Shown here one piece after another: positions 49,691 to 57,597 of a DNA stretch of 64,000 nucleotides (position 1 is its first letter; every line of letters starts with the position of its first letter). Source of the DNA: Candidatus Zhuqueibacterota bacterium (lineage in GTDB: Bacteria; Zhuqueibacterota; Zhuqueibacteria; Thermofontimicrobiales; Thermofontimicrobiaceae); the NCBI GenBank assembly GCA_049322915.1, contig JBMOPW010000016.1, positions 135,971 through 199,970 of the forward strand, written 5' to 3'. The position numbers and the translations under genes are program-made. The notes beneath the pieces were generated by a model. It saw only the letters and a list, made by a program, of their open reading frames with translations, was not told the origin of the DNA and ran no database searches.

Positions 49691-50813
49691 TTCGTTAGCG
49701 GATAGTCCTTGGCCCATGGCTCATGGAAATGTGCAGTGTACCGGACGAAGTCGATTTCAAGGACCACGCCAGGGAAAAGTAAGTTGGACTTTTGCTGAAG
49801 AAGGAATGCAGGAAGTCAACAATTCACCAGTAATTGGCAATGATGGTACTATCTATTTCACCGATTGGCATCATCTCTATGCCATTAACCCGGATGGTAC
49901 CATGAAGTGGAAATTTACGCCGGGGCGAAATATTGAGACCAGTCCGATGGTAGGGCAGGGAAATATCATTTATTTAGGCACTGGCAACCTCGTTTCTGAG
50001 CCATATTATAATACCGGTTGTTATTATGCCCTTAATGCTGATGGTAGCATCATCTGGGAATTTCACACTTCCGCATTTATTACCAATTATAGTGATGCAA
50101 TTGGTTTGGATGGCACTATTTATTTTGTAGACACCCAGGGAACATTATATGCGTTGAATCCCGGTGGTACGTTGAAGTGGTCAACTCGTGGTAAGGAGGG
50201 ATTAAAAGGCGGAGAATATATGTCTATCGCTATGTCTCCCGACGGTTCTATTTTATATGTCTTTGGTGAAGACAGCACACTGAATGCAATTGATGCCCAG
50301 AACTCCCAATTAATCTGGCAATATCCCATCGGCTATGATATTTATTCTTCACCTTTAGTAGATTGTGAGGGCAATATTTATTTCTTCGCCCGCGAAATGA
50401 ACCAAAACGTAATTTGCTCTGCTAAGCCCGATGGTCAACTGCGCTGGAAATTTAAAGGAAAAGAAGCAGTTTCATTAATTGCAGTAAGCCATTTGCATAT
50501 AGATAAAGATGGTAACATATATTTTATCAATAGTTATCAAATATGCTCTCTGGATTATGATGGGAATCTACGCTGGGCAAAAACAAGCCCTTATGATTTC
50601 CTCATAGGTCCCACGACGCCTATTTTAGGTGATTGTGGAGGAGTAGTCTATATAACTTTTGGCGAAATGATCATTTTAGGCCTTGATCAACAAGGGAATA
50701 AACTATTTGAATGTCAAATTCCTACGCCGGCGATGGGTTTATATAATGGCGCCATCTCTGATGATGGATATTTGTATATTTGTTCCGAAGCCAAATTAAC
50801 TTGTATTAGATAG
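49569..50813 (+). CDS. PQQ-like beta-propeller lipoprotein (copy A1)
   Basis: True start 49569 after AGGAGG; lipobox LFF-C; repeats of DGTIYF...LYA.N.DG..KW. Confidence 0.85.
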   Translation: MRRFKFIILLLGLSVLFFCENKNPTPPPENNSHPQVDIPWPSLADSPWPMAHGNVQCTGRSRFQGPRQGKVSWTFAEEGMQEVNNSPVIGNDGTIYFTDWHHLYAINPDGTMKWKFTPGRNIETSPMVGQGNIIYLGTGNLVSEPYYNTGCYYALNADGSIIWEFHTSAFITNYSDAIGLDGTIYFVDTQGTLYALNPGGTLKWSTRGKEGLKGGEYMSIAMSPDGSILYVFGEDSTLNAIDAQNSQLIWQYPIGYDIYSSPLVDCEGNIYFFAREMNQNVICSAKPDGQLRWKFKGKEAVSLIAVSHLHIDKDGNIYFINSYQICSLDYDGNLRWAKTSPYDFLIGPTTPILGDCGGVVYITFGEMIILGLDQQGNKLFECQIPTPAMGLYNGAISDDGYLYICSEAKLTCIR

Positions 50814-50823
50814 AAGGTGTTCT

Positions 50824-52038
50824 ATGTTCCGACCGTTTTATCTATTGACGAGAATTTTATTATGTAATATCATCATAATAATAATTTTAATCCTGTTTAA
50901 TTTCACAATGGTATTTGCTCAACGATTGGTCCAAGGAGAAATAATCCTTAGTGCCGTCGGAATCAATGAAAATGAGAATTGGTATGCCGACTTTACAGCT
51001 CTGAGTAGTGAATTAAGGTGGTGGAATGACTATAAAATTACCACTTCGTATGGATCGGGTTATGCTGGTAGCGTTACAGGCCCTTATGAATTATCCCCAG
51101 CTATTGATGCTCCTAATAGTTATGATTTCAGCGGTCCTGTCGTTGCATATGGCATATATGACTTCACCTTTCACTTCCCTTTTGGTGATAAGGATTTCAC
51201 ATTAGACTTGCGGGATGCCAACTGGTGCTATCAAGGAATGGCTGATATTTACATCAGATGGAATAATTCTCTCTCTGTTCAAAATTTCGAGTACAAGAAT
51301 TCACTAACAGAGCCAGACTGGGAAACGTTAGGGAGTTCTGGAAGCTCACATTCTATCTGGGATCTCTTCAGCCAAACTCCCCCTAACCAGGCTGCCTTTC
51401 AACCGACCAAACCTGAGAACTTCATATGTTATAATGCCGGTCAAATCGGGCAACATCCATATTTTGTTTGGTCACAATCTGATGGATGCGGCTCAACAAC
51501 CATTTATTACAAAATGTTCCGCAGTGAGAATAGTGGCGCCTATGCCTGTATACAAGAAGGTATTACAGGAAACAGCTGGACTGACTATGAAGTTTGTATC
51601 GGTACAAAGAAACAAGGTTCATTTTTTAGCTATTATCTAAAAGGCTATACCGGACAATCCCCGGAATCTGCGTCCTCCGACATCGCATCTATTTGGGCGA
51701 ATCAAATATCGAAACCTGTCGGTGAAGAACCTTATTTATTATCAACCAATGCTTATCATCAAACCAGTTCAGAAGTAAATTTTTTCAATCTCGCTTTGTC
51801 GCCCAATCCATTTAATTCAACTACGAATATCCATTATGCCATTCCTGATGATGGGCATGTTCGGCTTGTCGTTTATAATATTTATGGTCAGCGCGTTGTA
51901 TCGTGCGTCGATCGAAGTCAAAACGCAGGACCGTATCAGTATCATTTCGACGGTACAAACCTGGCTGGTGGTTTTTACCTGGTCTGGCTGCAATTTAATA
52001 ATCAACGCCTATGTCGGAAAATTTTATTGCTGAAATAA
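50824..52038 (+). CDS. Secreted protein with FN3-like domain and T9SS type-A C-terminal domain (B1)
   Basis: Signal peptide ending FA-Q; PNPFNSTTNIHY.IP..GHV.L.VYNI.GQ.V...GFYL..L...KILLLK. Confidence 0.85.
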   Translation: MFRPFYLLTRILLCNIIIIIILILFNFTMVFAQRLVQGEIILSAVGINENENWYADFTALSSELRWWNDYKITTSYGSGYAGSVTGPYELSPAIDAPNSYDFSGPVVAYGIYDFTFHFPFGDKDFTLDLRDANWCYQGMADIYIRWNNSLSVQNFEYKNSLTEPDWETLGSSGSSHSIWDLFSQTPPNQAAFQPTKPENFICYNAGQIGQHPYFVWSQSDGCGSTTIYYKMFRSENSGAYACIQEGITGNSWTDYEVCIGTKKQGSFFSYYLKGYTGQSPESASSDIASIWANQISKPVGEEPYLLSTNAYHQTSSEVNFFNLALSPNPFNSTTNIHYAIPDDGHVRLVVYNIYGQRVVSCVDRSQNAGPYQYHFDGTNLAGGFYLVWLQFNNQRLCRKILLLK

Positions 52039-52105
52039 TCTCCAGAGATGATCGAGTTAAAAATTGGCGATAATTCAACACAACAAGGAGGTGATCACCA
52101 ATGTT

Positions 52106-52299
52106 GATGGAATTTCTTTTTCATGAAGTTTTTTCCTGGTAATTTATCATCAAATTTAATCATAACCAGGAGGCGCAATGAGACGATTTAAATTCATCAT
52201 TTTGCTGCTGGGATTATCTGTTCTATTTTTCTGTGAAAACAAAAATCCCACGCCGCCGCCTCAAAACAACAGCTATCCCCAGGTGGATATTCCCTGGCC
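52106..52299 (+). repeat. Leader/5' repeat, copy 2
   Basis: Matches 49498-49690. Confidence 0.9.
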
Positions 52300-53428
52300 G
52301 AGTCTGGCAAATAGTCCCTGGCCGATTGCGCAAGGTGATGTACAGTGTACAGGACGTGTGAAAACTCCCGGACCTACATCAGGAACAGTCGAATGGGTAT
52401 TCACGACTGAAAATATGGGCAAAACTTATGGCTCACCTGTGATTGGCGAAGATGGCACGATCTATGTCAGCACGTCTCATCAGCTATATGCTGTAAATCA
52501 GGATGGAACGTTGAAATGGGAATTTACCAGAGGAGTAATGAACTTATCGAACGTTATGGTTGGCAATGAAGATATTATTTATTTTTCTTGTGGCAATCAA
52601 TACCTGGATCCAGATTTTACGGGCTGTTTATATGCACTTAATGCCAATGGCGAGTTATTATGGGAACTTAAAACACAAGGGATGATTTATAATTATTCTT
52701 CCACAATTGGAATAGACGGTACAATCTATTTCACAGACCTATATAAACCATATCAAGGTGTGGGTGGTTTCCTCTATGCAGTTGCTCCAGATGGCCATCT
52801 GCAATGGAAGGTATGGGGCACAGGTGGATTTCGCTGCAGCGATTTAAATTCTATTTCAATTTCTCCCGACGGATCGACACTCTATGTGGCAGGAATGGAC
52901 AGCACAATGAACGCGATTGATGCACAATCAGGAACGATTCTTTGGCAAAAGAAAACAGGATTCAATTTGAAAACCGCTGCTTTGGTTGATAACGATGGTA
53001 ATGTTTATTTTTTGGGACAAAATGGAGATCATAGCAATTACATTTTATCTGTAACCGAGGCAGGTGAAGTACGCTGGAAGTGTGAGATTGAAGAAGTTAA
53101 ATACATTGATGATAAGGCTGGTATGCACTTGGATAAAGATGGGAACATCTATTTTTGTAATGGATTTTATCTTTGTTCCATTGATTATTTCGAAAGTTTG
53201 CGTTGGAAAGTTCCCTTTCCCGAAGGGCTATGTCCTTCGACACCAATTATTGGGGATAGTGAAGGGAATGTTTTTTTGATGTTGAGTTCTGAATATGTTT
53301 TTTCTTATGATTCAGATGGTCATAAACGATTTGAAATCAATGTTGGAGGAGCCAGCGGAATCAATGGCGCTATTGTTGATGGCAGGTTATATATCAATCA
53401 TTACTTAAAAGTATCATGTATCAAATAG
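52178..53428 (+). CDS. PQQ-like beta-propeller lipoprotein (copy A2)
   Basis: Signal peptide identical to A1; diverged propeller repeats. Confidence 0.85.
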   Translation: MRRFKFIILLLGLSVLFFCENKNPTPPPQNNSYPQVDIPWPSLANSPWPIAQGDVQCTGRVKTPGPTSGTVEWVFTTENMGKTYGSPVIGEDGTIYVSTSHQLYAVNQDGTLKWEFTRGVMNLSNVMVGNEDIIYFSCGNQYLDPDFTGCLYALNANGELLWELKTQGMIYNYSSTIGIDGTIYFTDLYKPYQGVGGFLYAVAPDGHLQWKVWGTGGFRCSDLNSISISPDGSTLYVAGMDSTMNAIDAQSGTILWQKKTGFNLKTAALVDNDGNVYFLGQNGDHSNYILSVTEAGEVRWKCEIEEVKYIDDKAGMHLDKDGNIYFCNGFYLCSIDYFESLRWKVPFPEGLCPSTPIIGDSEGNVFLMLSSEYVFSYDSDGHKRFEINVGGASGINGAIVDGRLYINHYLKVSCIK

Positions 53429-53438
53429 GGGGTGATAA

Positions 53439-53579
53439 ATGAAATTAATTAATTTTTTAATAATATTAATTTATATCTTTTCCTCCAGTGCAATTTTTTC
53501 TCAGTCACAGATTGAGGGAGAAATTATTTTAGGCGCTGATGGTACGGGTAGTAATGGCTGGGTAACGGATCGATCTTAA
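53439..53579 (+). pseudogene. Truncated paralog of the T9SS cargo B1 (B2 fragment)
   Basis: MKLINFLIILIYIFSSSAIFSQSQIEGEIILGADGTGSNGWVTDRS*, aligning with B1 AQRLVQGEIILSAVGINENENWYAD; RBS GGGGTG. Confidence 0.75.
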
Positions 53580-53758
53580 TATTTGAAAGAAAATTAGGTC
53601 CGCACAAATGCACCGAAGAATCATTTACCATAGGCATAATCAGCGCGGAACGTCCGCATTCCATGATATGATTTGAAGTATACGTGGCTATTATTTTCGA
53701 CTTCTTTGGAAAAAATTAAAATCAAGATTAGGGGATTTCATCAGGGAGTTACAAGACA

Positions 53759-54991
53759 ATGCAAAAATCTTTGAAGGAAGAAGTGAAGTACCTGGAGGGA
53801 AAACTGGATAAAAATCCGACCTCCATTCTTTTCGCGCGTCTGGCGGATATGTATCTTCAATCAGATCGGCTGGAGGATGCCATCACAATGTGCGAAAAGG
53901 GGATCAAAAAGTACCCGTACTATGTGACGGGCCACTATATCCTGGGCAAATGTTATCTCCGGAAAAAGCTATTCGATCAGGCAGAGAAGGAGCTGAAACG
54001 CGTTTTGCTTTTCGATCCAAAATATATTGCAGCGCATCGCGACTACGGCGAATTGATGGCGCAGATTGGCTGGAACAACACGTGTGAAATGAGCTATGAG
54101 GAGATTTTACGAATCGATCCTTTCAACGATAAAGCCCGGCAGCGATTGGAGGAATTGCGGGAACAGTTGGCCCTGACGCCGGAGCCTAAACGGGATGACA
54201 ACAATGGATTGGAATTCGATGAGGTGGAAGAAAGCATTCTCACCGGCGTCACCACGACTCTGGACGAGCCAAAGACTGCGCCGCAACCGAAGGAACCGCA
54301 GGTCGCAGATCCACTTGAAGGCTTCGGCGATTCGGATATCATGTTCGAAGATATGAATGACCATGATCCGGACGTGAATGCGAGTATCGATATTCTGGAC
54401 GATATTTTCAGCGACGAGAAGCTGGAAAATTTTGAACTGAAGGAAGTAAATTTCCCCAAACCCGAACCTGAGCGCACATTCAGGCAGGAGAGGGAGGAAG
54501 AACCGATGGACGTCGACGCGACAATTGAGACAGAACCCGCGGAATCCCCTGAGGATGACGAGGTGTTTGGTTTGGTGGCCGAAGAGCCGACCAATGGGGT
54601 CGATGACCAGAATTTCAAAGAACATGATTTCGATAAAGACCCGATGGTGCGGGAGGAATTTCATGAATTGAATGAAAATGAATTCCAGGCGATCATGGAC
54701 GATGAACCGCTGGATCACGTTGATTCCGATTCGGACAATGAATTCGAGATGTTTCCCGGCGCGTCGAATAAACGGAAATCCAGCACGCCGGCCGAAGATA
54801 GATATGCCGCGGAGAAAAAAAAGGAGAGAATCGTCACTCCCACGCTGGGCGAAATCTACGCAGCCCAGCATCAATATTCAAAGGCAATCGGGGTCTATGA
54901 AATTCTGAGGAAGAAGGATCCCAACAATCAGTTGTATATCAAAAAAATTGAGTACCTGCAGCAGAAGCTGGAGGAATCTCAGTCGGAATAA
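53759..54991 (+). CDS. TPR-repeat protein with a long acidic linker
   Basis: N-terminal TPRs (FARLADMY...); C-terminal IVTPTLGEIYAAQ.QY.KAI.VYE.L motif. Confidence 0.85.
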   Translation: MQKSLKEEVKYLEGKLDKNPTSILFARLADMYLQSDRLEDAITMCEKGIKKYPYYVTGHYILGKCYLRKKLFDQAEKELKRVLLFDPKYIAAHRDYGELMAQIGWNNTCEMSYEEILRIDPFNDKARQRLEELREQLALTPEPKRDDNNGLEFDEVEESILTGVTTTLDEPKTAPQPKEPQVADPLEGFGDSDIMFEDMNDHDPDVNASIDILDDIFSDEKLENFELKEVNFPKPEPERTFRQEREEEPMDVDATIETEPAESPEDDEVFGLVAEEPTNGVDDQNFKEHDFDKDPMVREEFHELNENEFQAIMDDEPLDHVDSDSDNEFEMFPGASNKRKSSTPAEDRYAAEKKKERIVTPTLGEIYAAQHQYSKAIGVYEILRKKDPNNQLYIKKIEYLQQKLEESQSE

Positions 54992-55030
54992 TGAATTGCC
55001 CGCAGACAAGTCGGGGCAATGTACCGCATG

Positions 55031-55067
55031 AAAATCCCATGTACAGACCGTACATGGGATTTTTTTT
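55031..55067. terminator. Bidirectional intrinsic terminator
   Basis: AAAATCCCATGTAC-AGACC-GTACATGGGATTTTTTT. Confidence 0.85.
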
Positions 55068-56064
55068 ACAGGTCAGTGAAGCGATCAAGTTTTTTCAACA
55101 TGTGCGCCATGGACAACACGCCTTTGGCAAAATAGCGGAAGTTCAGTTTATCAATGGAATCGGTAATTTCATGATAGTGCGGATTCCTGTAAAAGGCAGT
55201 GTCGGTAATCATCGCGGCCGGGTAATTGTAATGCCAAAACGAAGAATGATCGGACAGCTCATTTCCCGGGATATGATTGTAGGTGATGAACGAACCGATA
55301 TCCAGCAGGGACGGCTCCCGCATGAACAGTGTGATCTGTTTGGTCAGCAGATCGGACTGATTATTGCCCAGCACAGCCAGGAAATTGCCGGTGCTCGGGA
55401 ATTTCTGAGCCATGCTCGAAATGGGATATTTTTGGCTTCTCTTCTTCTCCGAAAAATAGCCTAACATTTCAAAGGCAATCATGCCGACGATCTGTTCTTT
55501 CATCTCAAAACAATGCCGGGCGTAATAGCGACTCCCCATTAAATCGGTGCCGAAGTAGGGCGGCTCTTCCAGGGTGAAAGCGACGAACCGCAGCGTGCGC
55601 GAGTTCGGGTAATCATGCAGCAGGTGGATGAGTTCCAGCAGCGCCGCAATGCCCGTGGCATTGTCATCGGCGCCGGGCGATTCCAGCACAGTGTCATAAT
55701 GGGCGCCGATGATCAAAATTTCTTCCGGCCTTTCACTGCCGGGTTTCTCGAAAATGAGATTCGCCACTTCCTTTTTATCGCATTTATACGGTTGCGTCGA
55801 AAAGAGACCCTCGGCATTTTTCATTTCCCCTGAGATGTAATCGGACGCTTTGTTCAGACAGATGTAATGATTGAGATTGCGCGGCCCGATCTCTTCGGAG
55901 AGGACATGAACGTGACGATGCAGTTTCCGGCGCATGGCAAGTACATGCTTTTTGTCCAATTTATCTTCATAAAATCTTCCGAAATTCACAAAGGGTGTTT
56001 TCGGCAGAGACCAGGTCAGTTTATGAAATTTGAAGTTGTTCTGCAAAAGAAATACTGGTTTCAT
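55066..56064 (-). CDS. M28-family metallopeptidase/amidohydrolase
   Basis: GAHYDT, PGADDNATG, LEEPP, FEMLGY, SDH, PHYH. Confidence 0.88.
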   Translation of the reverse strand: MKPVFLLQNNFKFHKLTWSLPKTPFVNFGRFYEDKLDKKHVLAMRRKLHRHVHVLSEEIGPRNLNHYICLNKASDYISGEMKNAEGLFSTQPYKCDKKEVANLIFEKPGSERPEEILIIGAHYDTVLESPGADDNATGIAALLELIHLLHDYPNSRTLRFVAFTLEEPPYFGTDLMGSRYYARHCFEMKEQIVGMIAFEMLGYFSEKKRSQKYPISSMAQKFPSTGNFLAVLGNNQSDLLTKQITLFMREPSLLDIGSFITYNHIPGNELSDHSSFWHYNYPAAMITDTAFYRNPHYHEITDSIDKLNFRYFAKGVLSMAHMLKKLDRFTDL

Positions 56065-57263
56065 TCCAATGGCTTCTGATAAATGGTGTATGTTTTGGAT
56101 GGAGTCGAGCCCATCATTTCAATGATTCGGATGACCATAAAATTGTCCTCCAGCACCCAGCCCATGTCGCAGTAATCGTAGCCTTTTTTCTGCGCGTAAA
56201 TTTTTTGCTGCCATAGCATCACCCCATCCAACCCCAGCTTACGATATTTTTTCTTGACGCCCAAATACCCCAGCCGGAATCCTTTCACGCTGCCTTTGGT
56301 CAAAATCATTTTGGCCGCGCGAAGAAGTTCGCACCGCGGACACCAATGCGTTGGCACCAGCTTTTCCGTCACATTCGGCACGCCGCCGAAGAAGGCAATC
56401 GGTTCGTCTTTCCTGTACAGAAAGATGAACAGACCGTCATCCATAACGAGCTGCATATCGTCGATGATGCGGTAGAATTCATCTTTCTCAAACGGCACAA
56501 AGCCGAAATTGTCGTTCCAGGCGTCATTGTATATTTCCAGCATTTCATGTTTGCGCACTTTGAGGGGACGCTGGTTCCACGTCTCAATTTTAATGCCGTA
56601 TCGTTGAATCACTTTTTCGGCGACGCGGACCAATTTTTCCTCCATCGGCCGGTTGACTGGCACCTCCCAGGATAGTACATTTTTTATCGGCGCATAACCG
56701 GCATTTTGTAACAAATTTTCATAATAGGGTTTGTTGTAATGGTAGTACATGACCGGGCGGGATTCGAAGCCTTTGGTCAGAATGCCGGGGGTGGCTTCGT
56801 TCACCGGCAGATTTTGCGGCCCGCGAATGGTATCCATGCCTTTGGATTTCACCCAATCTTCTGCCGCATGCAGCAGCGCTCCGGCAACGTTGGCGTCGTC
56901 GATTGACTCGAACTGCCCGAAAAAACCGACGCGATCGTTCCAGTGGATATTGTGATTGTGATTGACAAATGCGTTGCAGCGCCCGACAATTGTGTCGCCG
57001 CTGAATGCAAGAAAGAATTGCATGTCCGCATGCTTGAGGAAGAGATTGTCCGGCTCGAAAAATCCTTTGATACCGATGAGCCGGAAACCGGTATATTCAT
57101 AATCCAACAGAGGTACGTAGCGAGCGTCCCGGGAATAATGCTGCCAGTGGAAATTGATGAATTTCTTCAGGAATTCTTTGTCCTGCCTGGTTTGATTGGA
57201 AAACGATACGACCTGTAAATCGGTCTGTTTAGTTTCAGCTACGGTCATAATTCCCTCCCTCAT
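56061..57263 (-). CDS. Tandem GNAT acyltransferase, YghO/bacterial ceramide synthase-like
   Basis: VGRC.AFVN, GFFGQFES.DD..VA..LL..AE.W, IRGP, YNKPYY..L, YNDAW..NFGFVP, LGVKKKYR..G, WVLEDN. Confidence 0.8.
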   Translation of the reverse strand: MREGIMTVAETKQTDLQVVSFSNQTRQDKEFLKKFINFHWQHYSRDARYVPLLDYEYTGFRLIGIKGFFEPDNLFLKHADMQFFLAFSGDTIVGRCNAFVNHNHNIHWNDRVGFFGQFESIDDANVAGALLHAAEDWVKSKGMDTIRGPQNLPVNEATPGILTKGFESRPVMYYHYNKPYYENLLQNAGYAPIKNVLSWEVPVNRPMEEKLVRVAEKVIQRYGIKIETWNQRPLKVRKHEMLEIYNDAWNDNFGFVPFEKDEFYRIIDDMQLVMDDGLFIFLYRKDEPIAFFGGVPNVTEKLVPTHWCPRCELLRAAKMILTKGSVKGFRLGYLGVKKKYRKLGLDGVMLWQQKIYAQKKGYDYCDMGWVLEDNFMVIRIIEMMGSTPSKTYTIYQKPLE

Positions 57264-57597
57264 TTGAGTGTGACCATATCAAAAAAAGCGACGGCGCTGA
57301 GACCGATGAAATCAAATAACCGGGTGGCGCGTTTTCAAACGTGAATGATACTGAGCGACGGGGTTGTACCTTCCTTCTTTCCTTTTTAATAATACATCCC
57401 AAACATTCAAATTGAGTTCAGATTGTTACATCGAATCCGAAAATTGTCAGAGCCGCTGGATTCAATAACCGTTGCGAGTGAACATCCCCGACGCGACCTG
57501 CGCCCATCTCATACGATAACGAACAGCGAAGGGGGCGATGCACACGGTAAAATGCCTGTCCGAAAAGCACAGGCAGCAGAAAGCTCTGTTTCAAAAT

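Larger units (their letters stand above)
49421..53674. mobile_element. AT-rich island bounded by 23-bp direct repeats; no recombinase inside
   Basis: GTCCGCATTCCATGATATGATTT at 49421-49443 and 53652-53674; visibly AT-richer than the flanks; lies between lptE and the TPR gene. Confidence 0.55.

Noticed and set aside
49421..53674. CRISPR array, DGR or integron as the explanation for the repeats
   Set aside because: Only two copies of each repeat, kilobases apart; no cas gene, reverse transcriptase, A-specific mismatch pattern or integrase.
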